Positions 12,060 to 25,419 of a stretch of DNA of 64,000 nucleotides are shown piece after piece. The first letter of the stretch is position 1. Every line of letters begins with the position of its first letter. Origin of the DNA: Mobula hypostoma (taxonomy: Eukaryota); the NCBI RefSeq assembly GCF_963921235.1, contig NC_086107.1, forward strand, positions 115,632,001 through 115,696,000, read 5' to 3'. A model generated the notes under the pieces. It saw only the letters and a list, made by a program, of their open reading frames with translations, searched no databases and was not told the DNA's origin. The translations under genes were made by a program, and so were the position numbers.

Positions 12060-12620
12060 GGTTTGTCAGGCAAGATTTTCCCTTAAGGAAACCATGCTGA
12101 CTTTGTCCTATCTTGTCCTGTGTCACCAAGTACTTCATCACCTCATCCGTAACAATTGACTTCATCATCTTCCCAACATCCCAGGTCTATAATTTCCTTT
12201 CTGCTGACTTCCTCCTTTCTAAAGAGTGGAGTGAGATTTGCAATTTTCCAGTCCTCTGGCAGAATACCAAAGTCCATGATTTTTGAAAGGTCACTACTAA
12301 TGCCATCACAATCTCCGCCACTGCCTCTTTCGGAACCCTGGGGTGCAGTTCATCTGTTCCGGTCGGGTACGAGGTCTGTCAGCTTTTCAAACAGCTTCTC
12401 CCGTGTAACAGTAACTGCACCCACTTCTCTCCCCTCACACCCTTCAACATCTGGCACACTGCTAGTGTCTTCCACAGTGAAGACTGATGTAAAATACTCA
12501 CTTGGTTCATCTGCCATCTCCTTGTCCCCTAATCATTTCTCCAGCCTCATTTTCTAGCGGTCCCATGTCCACTCTCACCTCTCTTTTATTTTTACATGCT
12601 TTAAAAGGCTTTTACTATCC
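12060..12620 (-). mobile_element. Degenerate CR1 LINE RT fragment
   Basis: Minus-strand translation contains QSQHGFLKGKSCLTN; similar to 42370-42950. Confidence 0.8.
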
Positions 12621-12916
12621 ACACTGACCTAGCCTGGTTGGCGCTACCGAACTGCCCACTTCGAATGCCTCTGCTTTAAATCCCACCAGACATTTTTGAG
12701 GTCATTTTCCCATCTGGTGAAGATCTGCTACTGTAAACTCGCTGTCCACTATACCCCCAATCTCGGCGTCATCCGCAAATTTGCTGATGCAGTTAACTAC
12801 ATTATCATCCAGATCGTTCATATATATCACAAACAACAACAGACCCTGCGACACACCACTGATCACAGGACGCTGCCTGACTTCGCGATTTCTCGGCCTC
12901 TTCTTCACTGAAACTC

Positions 12917-15900
12917 GTCATTGGAGACTCTATAGTCAGGGGAGCAGACGGGAGATTTTGTGGACATGAGAAGGACACCCGCATGGTTTGCTGCCTCCCG
13001 GGTGCCAGGGTCCGGGATGTCTCCGACCGGGTGCACGACATCCTGGTACGAGAGGGAAAGCAACCAGAAGTCGTGATACATGTTGGTACCAACGACATAG
13101 GCAGGAAGAGGGATGAGGTCCTGAAGTGTGAGTTTCAGGAATTAGGCAGAAGGCTGAAGAACAGGACCTCAAGGGTGACGTTCTCAGGATTGCTGACAGT
13201 GCTACGTGACAGAGATGGTAAGAATTGGAGGAGATGGCAGTTGAATGCGTGGCTGAGGAGTTGGTGCAGGGAGCAGGGTTTTAGATTTTTAGATCATTGG
13301 GATCTCTTCTGGGGAAGGTGGGACCTGTACAGATTGGATGGGTTGCACCTGAACTCGAGGGCGAGCAATATCCTTGCAGGTAGGTTTGCTACAATGGTTC
13401 GGGAGGGTTTAAACTAATTTGCGAGGGGGATGGGACCCAGAGCGATAGAGCAGTGAAAGAAATGCATGGAGTAAAGCCAGATCTAACATACAGAGAGGCT
13501 TTGAGGAAAGAGAAGCAGAATAAACGGTGTAAAGACAGTAAGGTAGAAGGGCTGAAATGTGTGTACCTCAATGCAAGAAGCATCAGGAACAAAGGTGATG
13601 AACTGAGAGCTTGGATACATACATGGAATTATGATGTTGTGGCCATTACAGAGACTTGGCTGGCACCAGGGCAGGAATGGATTCTCAATATTCCTGGATT
13701 TCAGTGTTTTAAAAGGGATAGAGAGGGGGGAAAAGGGGAGGAGGGGTGGCATTACTGGTCAGGGATACTATTACAGCTACAGAAAGGGTGGGTAATGTAG
13801 CAGGATCCTCTTTTGAGTCAATATGGGTGGAAGTCAGGAACAGGAAGGGAGCAGTTACTCTACTGGGGGTATTCTATAGGCCCCCTGGTAGCAGCAGAGA
13901 TACAGAGGAGCAGATTGGAAGGCAGATTTTGGAAAGGTGCAAAAATAATAGGGTTGTTATCGTGGGTGACTTTAACTTCCCTAATATTGGTTGGCACCTG
14001 ATTAGTTCCAAGGGTTTAGATGGGGCAGAGTTTGTTAAGTGTGTCCAGGATGGATTCCTGTCACAGTATATGGACAGGCCGACTAAGGGGAATGCCATAC
14101 TAGATCTAGTACTAGGTAATGAACCGGGTCAGGTCACAGATCTCTCAGTGGGTGAGCATCTGGGGGACAGTGACCACCGCTCCCTGGCCTTCAGCATTAT
14201 CATGGAAAAGGATAGAATCAGAGAGGACAGGAAAATTTTTAATTGGGGAAGGGCAAATTATGAGGCCATAAGGCTAGAACTTGCGGGTGTGAATTGAGAT
14301 GATGTTTTTGCAGGGAAATGTACTATGGACATGTGATCGATGTTTAGAGATCTCTTGCAGGATGTTAGGGATAAATTTGTCCCAGTGAGGAAGATAAAGA
14401 ATGGTAGGGTGAAGGAACCATGGGTGACAAGTGAGGTGGAGAATCTAGTCAGGTGGAAGAAGGCAGCATACATGAGGTTTAGGAAGCAAGGATCAGATAG
14501 GTCTATTGAGGGATATAGGGAAGCAAGAAAGGAGCTTAAGAAGGGGCTGAGAAGAGCAAGAAGGGGGCATGAGAAGGCCTTGGCGAGTAGGGTAAAGGAA
14601 AACATACAAACATAGAAAATAGGTGCAGGAGTAGGCCATTCGGCCCTTCGAGCCTGCACCGCCATTTATTATGATCATGGCTGATCATCCAACTCAGAAC
14701 CCCGCCCCAGCCTTCCCTCCATACCCCCTGACCCCCGTAGCCACAAGGGCCATATCTAACTCCCTCTTAAATATAGCCAATGAACTGGCCTCAACTGTTT
14801 CCTGTGGCAGAGAATTCCACAGATTCACCACTCTCTGTGTGAAGAAGTTTTTCCTAATCTCAGTCCTAAAAGGCTTCCCCTCTATCCTCAAACTGTGACC
14901 CCTTGTTCTGGACTTCCCAACATCGGGAACAATCTTCCTGCATCTAGCCTGTCCAATCCCTTCAGGATTTTATACGTTTCAATCAGATCCCCCCTCAATC
15001 TTCTAAATTCCAACGAGTACAAGCCGAGTTCATCCAGTCTTTCTTCATATGAAAGTCCTGTCATCCCAGGAATCAATCTGGTGAACCTTCTTTGTACTCC
15101 CTCTATGGCAAAGATGTCTTTCCTCAGATTAGGGGACCAAAACTGCACACAATACTCCAGGTGTGGTCTCACCAAGGCCTTGTACAACTGCAGTAGTACC
15201 TCCCTGCTCCTGTACTCGAATCCTCTCGCTATAAATGCCAGCATACCGTTCGCCTTTTTCACCGCCTGCTGTACCTGCATGCCCACTTTCAATGACTGGT
15301 GTATAATGACACCCAGGTCTCGTTGCACCTCCCTTTTTCCTAATTGGCCACCATTCAGATAATAATCTGTTTTCCTGTTCTTGCCACCAAAGTGGATAAC
15401 TTCACATTTATCCACATTAAATTGCATCTGCCAGGAATTTGCCCACTCACCCAACCTATCCAAGTCACTCTGCATCCTCTTAGCATCCTCCTCACAGCTA
15501 ACACTGCCGCCCAGCTTCGTGTCATCCGCAAACTTGGAGATGCTGCATTTAATTCCCTCATCCAAGTCATTAATATATATTGTAAACAACTGGGGTCCCA
15601 GCACTGAGCCTTGCGGTACCCCACTAGTCACCGCCTGCCATTCTGAAAAGGTCCCGTTTATTCCCACTCTTTGCTTCCTGTCTGCTAACCAATTCTCTAT
15701 CCACATTAATACCTTACCCTCAATACCATGTGCTTTAAGTTTGCACACTAATCTCCTGTGTGGGACCTTGTCAAAAGCCTTTTGAAAATCCAAATATACC
15801 ACATCCACTGGTTCTCCCCTATCCACTCTACTGGTTACATCCTCAAAAAATTCTATGAGATTCGTCAGACATGATTTTCCTTTCACAAATCCATGCTGAC

Positions 15901-18588
15901 TTTGTCCGATGATTTCACCGCTTTCCAAATGTGCTGTTATCACATCTTTGATAACTGACTCCAGCAGTTTCCCCACCACCGACGTCAGGCTAACCGGTCT
16001 ATAATTCCCTGGTTTCTCTCTCCTCCTTTTTTAAAAAGTGGGGTTACATTAGCCACCCTCCAATCCTCAGGAACTAGTCCAGAATCTAACGAGTTTTGAA
16101 AAATTATCACTAATGCATCCACTATTTCTTGGGCTACTTCCTTAAGCACTCTGGGATGCAGACCATCTGGCCCTGGGGATTTATCTGCCTTCAATCCCTT
16201 CAATTTACCTAACACCACTTCCCTACTAACATGTATTTCGCTCAGTTCCTCCATCTCACTGGACCCTCTGTCCCCTACTATTTCTGGAAGATTATTCATG
16301 TCCTCCTTAGTGAAGACAGAACCAAAGTAATTATTCAATTGGTCTGCCATGTCCTTGCTCCCCATAATCAATTCACCTGTTTCTGTCTGTAGGGGACCTA
16401 CATTTGTCTTTACCAGTCTTTTCCTTTTTACATATCTATAAAAGCTTTTACAGTCAGTTTTTATGTTCCCTGCCAGTTTTCTCTCATAATCTTTTTTCCC
16501 CTTCCTAATTAAGCCCTTTGTCCTCCTCTGCTGAACTCTGAATTTCTCCCAGTCCTCAGGTGAGCCACTTTCTCTGGCTAATTTGTATGCTGCTTTGGAA
16601 TTGATACTATCCCTAATTTCTCTTGTCAGCCACGGGTGCACTACCTTCCTTGATTTATTCTTTTGCCAAACTGGGATGAACAATTGTTGTAGTTCATCCA
16701 TGCAACCTTTAAATGCTTGCCATTGCATATCCACTGTCAACCCTTTAAGTGTCATTTGCCAGTCTATCTTAGCTAAACCCCAAGGCATTCTTCAATTATG
16801 TGAAGAAAAAAAGGATGACAGGAGTGAAGGTAGGACCGATTAGAGATAAAGGTGGGAAGATGTGCCTGGAGGCTGTGGAAGTGAGCGAGGCCCTCAATGA
16901 ATACTTCTCTTCGGTATTCACCAATGAGAGGGAACTTGATGATTGTGAGGACAATATGAGTGAGGTTGATGTTCTGGAGCATGTTGATATTAAGGGAGAG
17001 GAGGTGTTGGAGTTGTTAAAATACATTACGACAGATAAGTCCCCAGGGCCTGACGGAATATTCCCCAGGCTGCTCCACGATGCGAGGGAGGAGATTGCTG
17101 AGCCTCTGGCTAGGATCTTTATGTCCTCGTTGTCCATGGGAATGGTACCGGAGTATTGGAGGGAGGCAAATGTTGTTCCCTTGTTCAAAAAAAGTAGGAG
17201 GGATAGTCCGGGTAATTATAGACCAGTGAGCCTTACATCTGTGGTGGGAAAGCTGTTGGAAAAGATTCTTAGAGATAGGATCTATAGGCATTTAGAGAAT
17301 CATGGTCTGATCAGGGACAGTCAGCATGGCTTTGTGAAGGGCAGATCACGTCTGACAAGCCTGATAAGAGTTCTTTGAGGAGGTGACCAGGCATATAGAT
17401 GAGGGTAGTGCAGTGGATGTGATCTATATGGATTTTAGTAAGGCATTTGACAAGGATCCACACAGCAGGCTAATTCAGAAAGTCAGAAGGCATGGGATCT
17501 AGGGAAGTTTGGCCAGGTGGATTCAGAATTGGCTTGCCTGCAGAAGGCAGAGGGTGGTGGTGGAGGGAGTACATTCAGATTGGAGGATTGTGACTAGTGA
17601 TGTCCCACAAGGATCTGTTCTGGGACCTCTACTTTTCGTAATTTTATTAACAACCTGGATGTGGGGATAGAATGGTGGGTTGGCAAGTTTGCAGACAACA
17701 CAAAGGTTGGTGGTGTTCTAGATAGTGTAGAGAATTGTCGAAGATTGCAGAGAGACATTGATAGGATGCAGAAGTGGGCTGAGAAGTGGCAGATGGAGTT
17801 CAACCCGGAGAAGTGTGAGGTGGTACACTTTGGAAGGACAAACTCCAAGGCAGAGTACAAAGTAAATGGCAGGATACTTGGTAGTGTGTAGGAGCAGAGG
17901 GATCTGGGGGTACATGTCCACAGATCCCTGAAAGTTGCCTCACAGGTGGATAGGGTAGTTAAGAAAGCTTATGGGGTGTTAGCTTTCATAAGTTGAGGGA
18001 TAGAGTTTAAGAGTCGCGATGTAATGATGCAGCTCTATAAAACTCTGGTTGGGCCACACTTGGAGTACTGTGTCCAGTTCTGGTCGCCTCACTATAGGAA
18101 GGATGTGGAAGCATTGGAAAGGGGTACAGAGGAGATTTACCAGGATGCTGCCTGGTTTAGAGAGTATGCATTATGATCAGAGATTAAGGGAGCTGGAGCT
18201 TTACTCTTTGGAGAGAAGGAGGATGAGAGGAGACATGATAGAGGTGTACAAGATAATAAGAGGAATAGATAGAGTGGGTAGCCAGCGCCTCTTCCCCAGG
18301 GCACCACTGCTCAATACAAGAGGACATGGCTTTAAGGTAAGGGGTGGGAAGTTCAAGGGGGATATTAGAGGAAGGTTTTTTACTCAGAGAGTGGTTGGTG
18401 CGTGGAATGCACTGCCTGAGTTAGTGGTGGAGGCAGATACACTAGTGAAGTTTAAGAGACTACTAGACAGGTATATGGAGGGATCTAAGGTGGGGGCTTA
18501 TATGGGAGGCAGGGTTTTAGGGTCGGCACAACATAGTGGGCCGAAGGGCCTGTACTGTGCTGTACTATTCTCTGTCCTCTGTTCTATG
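12917..18588 (+). mobile_element. Long CR1 LINE (SGNH esterase ORF1 part, APE-RT ORF2), decayed and interrupted by a nested CR1
   Basis: Esterase blocks VIGDSIVRG (from 12917), HVGTND and DGLHLN. APE motifs YLNARS, ITETW, GDFNFP, SDH. RT motifs KSPGPDG, YRPVSLTS, FADNTK. Several stops and frameshifts; CR1-type 3' tail. Confidence 0.92.
14604..16774 (-). mobile_element. Young 5'-truncated CR1 LINE nested antisense in the + strand CR1
   Basis: ORFs 15985..16788 and 14888..15979 ([27 protein letters not shown]). (TTTCTATG)-type tail at the left end. Host sequence RVKE|NPKAF is split, with AAAC at both junctions. Confidence 0.92.
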
Positions 18589-18819
18589 AAATGAATCTGG
18601 CGGGAATCCACTAGGTGGCAGTGTTGTTGAAAGAATCAGGAGGGCCCGCAATTGCGGGGTAGCACCACCAGGCGGGAGTGTTGTCCACACATGGCCATTC
18701 AGCCCATCGAACCTGCTCTGATATTCCGTCATGGCTAATTTAATTTTTCCTCTCAAACATCCTCTTTTCTCACCTTAACAGGTAACATCGTGATGAAGCT
18801 AGGACTTATCATCCTGAAT

Positions 18820-19640
18820 TTATGAAATTGGATTAGACACTGGGTTTGTGGGAGAAGCCAGACAGCAGTAGTGTATGGTTGCCTCTCTGACTGGAGACCT
18901 GTGACTGGTGGAGTGCCACAGGGATCGATGCTGGGTCCTTTGATGATTGTCATCTGTATCAATGATCTGGATGATAATGTGGTTAACTGGATCAGCAAAT
19001 TTGTGGGTGACACCAAGAATGGGAATGTATTGGACAGCGAGGAAGACTATCATGGCTTGCAGAGGGATCTGCGTCAGCCGGAAAAACAGGCTGAATGATC
19101 TGGTCGTGGACTCAAATCCTGCTTCCTGCCCTTTCCCCATAACCTTTAATCCCCTACTACGTAAAAATCTATCCAACCTTGTATTAAATTTATTTACTGA
19201 GGTAGCCTCTACTGCTTCGTTGGGCAGAGAATTCCACAGATTCACCACTCTCTGGGAAAAGCAGTTCCTCCTCATCTCCATCCTAAATCTACTCCCCCGA
19301 ATCTTGAGGCAATGTCCCCTAGTTCTAGTCTCACCGACCAGTGGAAACAACTTTCTTGCCTCTACCTTCTCTATCCCGTTCATAATTTTATATGTTTCTA
19401 TACGATCTCCTCTCATTCTTCTGAATTCCAGCAAGTACGACTCAATCTCTCCTCATAGTCTAACCCCCTCATCTCTGAAATCAGCCTGGTGAATCTCCTC
19501 TACACTGTCTCCAAAGCCTCAAGTTGGGAGACCAGAACTGCATGTGGCCTCACCTGTACCCTGTACAGTTGCAGCATAACCTCCCTGCTCTTAAATTCAA
19601 TCCCTCCAGTGATGAAGGCGAACCTTCCATTTAGCATTTA
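18820..19640. mobile_element. Adjacent CR1 fragments (+ 18820-19095; - 19100-19640)
   Basis: GVPQGSMLGP on +; EFRRMRGD..TRGH on -. Confidence 0.8.
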
Positions 19641-19932
19641 AATAATGGTTTCGTGGATGTTTGTGAAGAAAAATAATTTCAGGATGTATATTGTATACAT
19701 TACTCTGACGATAAATGAAACAATTGAACCAGTAATGTATTGTAATGTATCATTTCTAATGCCTCCACAATCTCTTCAGCCACATCTGGGGCGAAGTTCA
19801 TCCGGTCCAGTTGACCTATCTGCCTTCAAATCTTTCAGCTTCCCAAGCACCTTCTCCTTAGTAATAGCAAAGACACTCGCTTCTGTCCCCTGACACTCTC
19901 GAATTTCTGGTATAAATGGTTGAGAGCCACAG

Positions 19933-22900
19933 AGGTGGGGAGGGAGGGGTGTAGGGGAGGGAAGGGGACAGAGATGGGGAAGGAGGGGTGTAGGGGAGGG
20001 AAGGGGGACAGAGATGGGGAAGGAGGGGTGTAGGGGAGGGAAGGGGACAGAGATGGGGAAGGAGGGGTGTAGGGGAGGGAAGGGGGACAGAGATGGGGAA
20101 GGAGGGGTGTAGGGGAGGGAAGGGGGACAGAGATGGGGAAGGAGGGGTGTAGAGGAGGGAAGGGGACAGAGATGGGGAAGGAGGGGTGTAGAGGAGGGAA
20201 GGGGACAGAGATGGGGAAGGAGGGGTGTAGGGGAGGGAAGGGGGACAGAGATGGGGAAGGAGGGGTGTAGGGGAGGGAAGGGGACAGAGATGGGGAAGGA
20301 GGGGTGTAGGGGAGGGAAGGGGGACAGAGATGGGGAAGGAGGGGTGTAGGGGAGGGAAGGGGGACAGAGATGGGGAAGGAGGGGTGTAGAGGAGGGAAGG
20401 GGACAGAGATGGGGAAGGAGGGGTGTAGGGGAGGGAAGGGGGACAGAGATGGGGAAGGAGGGGTGTAGGGGAGGGAAGGGGACAGAGATGGGGAAGGAGG
20501 GGTGTAGAGGAGGGAAGGGGACAGAGATGGGGAAGGAGGGGTGTAGGGGAGGGAAGGGGACAGAGATGGGGAAGGAGGGGTGTAGGGGAGGGAAGGGGAC
20601 AGAGATGGGGAAGGAGGGGTGTAGAGGAGGGAAGGGGACAGAGATGGGGAAGGAGGGGTGTAGGGGAGGGAAGGGGACAGAGATGGGGAAGGAGGGGTGT
20701 AGGGGAGGGAAGGGGGACAGAGATGGGGAAGGAGGGGTGTAGGGGAGGGAAGGGGACAGAGATGGGGAAGGAGGGGTGTAGAGGAGGGAAGGGGGACAGA
20801 GATGGGGAAGGAGGGGTGTAGGGGAGGGAAGGGGGACAGAGATGGGGAAGGAGGGGTGTAGGGGAGGGAAGGGGACAGAGATGGGGAAGGAGGGGTGTAG
20901 GGGAGGGAAGGGGGACAGAGATGGGGAAGGAGGGGTGTAGGGGAGGGAAGGGGGACAGAGATGGGGAAGGAGGGGTGTAGGGGAGGGAAGGGGACAGAGA
21001 TGGGGAAGGAGGGGTGTAGGGGAGGGAAGGGGGACAGAGATGGGGAAGGAGGGGTGTAGGGGAGGGAAGGGGGACAGAGATGGGGAAGGAGGGGTGTAGG
21101 GGAGGGAAGGGGGACAGAGATGGGGAAGGAGGGGTGTAGGGGAGGGAAGGGGGACAGAGATGGGGAAGGAGGGGTGTAGGGGAGGGAAGGGGGACAGAGA
21201 TGGGGAAGGAGGGGTGTAGGGGAGGGAAGGGGACAGAGATGGGGAAGGAGGGGTGTAGGGGAGGGAAGGGGGACAGAGATGGGGAAGGAGGGGTGTAGGG
21301 GAGGGAAGGGGGACAGAGATGGGGAGGGAAGGGGGACAGAGATGGGGAAGGAGGGGTGTAGGGGAGGGAAGGGGACAGAGATGGGGAAGGAGGGGTGTAG
21401 GGGAGGGAAGGGGACAGAGATGGGGAAGGAGGGGTGTAGGGGAGGGAAGGGGGACAGAGATGGGGAAGGAGGGGTGTAGGGGAGGGAAGGGGGACAGAGA
21501 TGGGGAAGGAGGGGTGTAGGGGAGGGAAGGGGACAGAGATGGGGAAGGAGGGGTGTAGGGGAGGGAAGGGGGACAGAGATGGGGAAGGAGGGGTGTAGGG
21601 GAGGGAAGGGGGACAGAGATGGGGAAGGAGGGGTGTAGGGGAGGGAAGGGGGACAGAGATGGGGAAGGAGGGGTGTAGGGGAGGGAAGGGGACAGAGATG
21701 GGGAAGGAGGGGTGTAGGGGAGGGAAGGGGGACAGAGATGGGGAAGGAGGGGTGTAGGGGAGGGAAGGGGGACAGAGATGGGGAAGGAGGGGTGTAGGGG
21801 AGGGAAGGGGGACAGAGATGGGGAAGGAGGGGTGTAGGGGAGGGAAGGGGACAGAGATGGGGAAGGAGGGGTGTAGAGGAGGGAAGGGGGACAGAGATGG
21901 GGAAGGAGGGGTGTAGGGGAGGGAAGGGGGACAGAGATGGGGAAGGAGGGGTGTAGGGGAGGGAAGGGGACAGAGATGGGGAAGGAGGGGTGTAGGGGAG
22001 GGAAGGGGGACAGAGATGGGGAAGGAGGGGTGTAGGGGAGGGAAGGGGGACAAAGATGGGGAAGGAGGGGTGTAGGGGAGGGAAGGGGGACAGAGATGGG
22101 GAAGGAGGGGTGTAGGGGAGGGAAGGGGGACAGAGATGGGGAAGGAGGGGTGTAGAGGAGGGAAGGGGACAGAGATGGGGAAGGAGGGGTGTAGAGGAGG
22201 GAAGGGGGACAGAGATGGGGAAGGAGGGGTGTAGGGGAGGGAAGGGGACAGAGATGGGGAAGGAGGGGTGTAGGGGAGGGAAGGGGGACAGAGATGGGGA
22301 AGGAGGGGTGTAGGGGAGGGAAGGGGACAGAGATGGGGAAGGAGGGGTGTAGGGGAGGGAAGGGGGACAGAGATGGGGAAGGAGGGGTGTAGGGGAGGGA
22401 AGGGGGACAGAGATGGGGAAGGAGGGGTGTAGGGGAGGGAAGGGGACAGAGATGGGGAAGGAGGGGTGTAGGGGAGGGAAGGGGGACAGAGATGGGGAAG
22501 GAGGGGTGTAGGGGAGGGAAGGGGACAGAGATGGGGAAGGAGGGGTGTAGGGGAGGGAAGGGGGACAGAGATGGGGAAGGAGGGGTGTAGGGGAGGGAAG
22601 GGGGACAGAGATGGGGAAGGAGGGGTGTAGGGGAGGGAAGGGGGACAGAGATGGGGAAGGAGGGGTGTAGGGGAGGGAAGGGGGACAGAGATGGGGAAGG
22701 AGGGGTGTAGGGGAGGGAAGGGGGACAGAGATGGGGAAGGAGGGGTGTAGGGGAGGGAAGGGGACAGAGATGGGGAAGGAGGGGTGTAGGGGAGGGAAGG
22801 GGGACAGAGATGGGGAAGGAGGGGTGTAGGGGAGGGAAGGGGGACAGAGATGGGGAAGGAGGGGTGTAGGGGAGGGAAGGGGACAGAGATGGGGAAGGAG

Positions 22901-23632
22901 GGGTGTAGGGGAGGGAAGGGGACAGAGATGGGGAAGGAGGGGTGTAGGGGAGGGAAGGGGGACAGAGATGGGGAAGGAGGGGTGTAGGGGAGGGAAGGGG
23001 GACAGAGATGGGGAAGGAGGGGTGTAGGGGAGGGAAGGGGACAGAGATGGGGAAGGAGGGGTGTAGGGGAGGGAAGGGGGACAGAGATGGGGAAGGAGGG
23101 GTGTAGGGGAGGGAAGGGGGACAGAGATGGGGAAGGAGGGGTGTAGGGGAGGGAAGGGGGACAGAGATGGGGAAGGAGGGGTGTAGGGGAGGGAAGGGGA
23201 CAGAGATGGGGAAGGAGGGGTGTAGGGGAGGGAAGGGGGACAGAGATGGGGAAGGAGGGGTGTAGGGGAGGGAAGGGGACAGAGATGGGGAAGGAGGGGT
23301 GTAGGGGAGGGAAGGGGGACAGAGATGGGGAAGGAGGGGTGTAGAGGAGGGAAGGGGGACAGAGATGGGGAAGGAGGGGTGTAGGGGAGGGAAGGGGGAC
23401 AGAGATGGGGAAGGAGGGGTGTAGGGGAGGGAAGGGGACAGAGATGGGGAAGGAGGGGTGTAGGGGAGGGAAGGGGGACAGAGATGGGGAAGGAGGGGTG
23501 TAGGGGAGGGAAGGGGACAGAGATGGGGAAGGAGGGGTGTAGGGGAGGGAAGGGGGACAGAGATGGGGAAGGAGGGGTGTAGAGGAGGGAAGGGGGACAG
23601 AGATGGGGAAGGAGGGGTGTAGGGGAGGGAAG
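19933..23632. repeat. 39/40-bp G-rich minisatellite (GGGGAGGGAAGGGG(G)ACAGAGATGGGGAAGGAGGGGTGTA)n, about 90 copies
   Basis: Highly homogeneous tandem array seen directly. Confidence 0.98.
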
Positions 23633-23649
23633 GTGTGAAGGGGACGGGT

Positions 23650-24430
23650 AGGGATGTACGGCAGGGAGGGTTGACGGAGATGGGGAGGCGATTTCGGGGA
23701 TTAGGGCCGTAGGGTTACGGGATCGGTGAATAATTGGCGGTGGGGACGGGTGTATGAAGATGCTGGGACACGACCGGGAGGTTTCGCTGCAATCTCGGTC
23801 GTTTCGCTTTGTGCGGGGAGGTGTTTCTGGAGTTGTGTTGAAGGTTTGTATCTCACGAACGTCCGAGGCCCCAACTCGGATGCAGACTGAGCCTTTGCAA
23901 AGTGCCGAATGCAGCCCCGGATGCAATCTCTCTCTCGCCTTTTCCGTCTCACGCGTCGTCGAGGCCGCAGCCCCTTTAAGGAAATGTGGTGTAGGAGGGT
24001 TTGTTACCGCCCCCTCCACTCTCCCAGTGGCTAGCTCCGCGGACTGCCGCACCACCATTGGGTACATCGCGCTGTCAATCATGCTGTGGGGCAGGGAGGG
24101 CGGAAGGAAGGCGCACATCCGTCTTTCCGCCCCGCACGTAGACTGGGATGCTTTGAAAGTGGTTTCTTTTGCCGGGAAACTTGCTGAACCGGGACCACTG
24201 CCGCAGAATTCAAAATTGCCGCGGAACTGAAAGGTTGCAAAGTTTTCGGTGACGTTCTGAATCTTTATTTTGATTAAAAATGTGAGCTGGCCGCAGTTTG
24301 TTTTGATGGAGCCCAGACAACAACCTCATTGTCTCTTTTTCCGCCAGGTCCTACCTCAATATGGCGAGTGTGACGGCCACCGGGGTCCGGGAGAAGCTGC
24401 TGAAGGAGCTGCAGGCGGACCACGTGGTGA
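23650..24430. promoter_or_regulatory. CpG-island-like promoter region of BOLA2
   Basis: CpG-dense unique sequence with GC-box (GGGCGG/CCGCCC) and ETS-like (CGGAAG) motifs, immediately upstream of the first BOLA2 coding exon. Confidence 0.65.
24361..24426 (+). CDS. BOLA2: BolA-like protein 2, coding exon 1: MASVTATGVREKLLKELQADHV
   Basis: ATG at 24361; GTG|GTGAGG donor; resembles human LREKLQRDLEAEHV. An acceptor at 24346-24347 implies an upstream 5'UTR exon. Confidence 0.9.
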
Positions 24431-25419
24431 GGAGGCGAGGGGTGGAGGGGTGGTGAGGAGGCGAGGGATGGAGGGTGGAGGGGTGGTGAGGAGGCGAGGG
24501 GTGGAGGGATGGAGGGGTGGGCTGTGCTCCTGAGTTCAATTCATCCGCTGGACCCCAGGCAAATCACCTCGGGGTGGGAGGGGAGTTGAGCTCGTGGCAT
24601 TTGCAGGATTTATTTATAAAATCACAGACCCCTGGGAGTGCTTACAGACTATGTTCTGATCTATGGGTTCAGTGTTTATACATAGAATAACAGATCCTTG
24701 GGGGTGGGTTACAGGCTGGGGTCTAATCAAGGGCTCAGGGGGCTTATATATAGATTAATAGATCCCTGGGAATGGATCTAATTTGGGGGGTGGGGGGGAA
24801 ATTACGGTATAGAATGTTGAAAAGACGTTAAATATATTACAGACCAGCCAGCGTGATTTAGAGGAGCAAGTTTGCAGAGAGATTGCAGACTGTTGCACGA
24901 GACATAAGGTTGTGATGGAAGGTGATTTTAACTTGCCACGTATTGACTTGGATGTGACGGGATAGGGTTTGGCCAATGTGTTCAGGAAAGTTTCTCTCAT
25001 CGGTATATAGAGCTCCCGATGAGGGAGATGAATACCCTAGTTGGAACCTCAATTCTCTGATTTTAGTTATAGGCTGCAAGCACCCAAATGATGTACTTGA
25101 CTGTCAGAAACTTAAGAGGGAAATCGGGGGGGGGGGGACTAAAGGAAGGCGTGAACTTGTTCTAGCTGACGAGGGAGAGGAGAATCCCAGTGGCTTCTAC
25201 AGATATATTAAATGCAAAAGAACAAACAATCAGAGTTGCAAAGTGACTTGGGGTCCTCATGCAGGAATCCCTACAGGTTAATTTGCAGCACACACAAAAT
25301 GCTGGAGGAACTCAGCCAACCTGGGAACATTTATGGAAAAGACTACAGACGATGTTTCGGTCTGAGGCCCTTCAGCAGAACTTATGCCAGGGGCTCTTTT
25401 TTTCAATTCAAATTTTTAC

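Noticed and set aside
23701..23952. Minus-strand ORF as the first exon of SLX1
   Set aside because: No resemblance to the GIY-YIG motif (GVYLL...YVGFT) and no ATG start.
19835..24118. 1427-aa and 731-aa Pro-rich ORFs
   Set aside because: They are translations of the 39/40-bp minisatellite, whose C-rich strand lacks stop codons.
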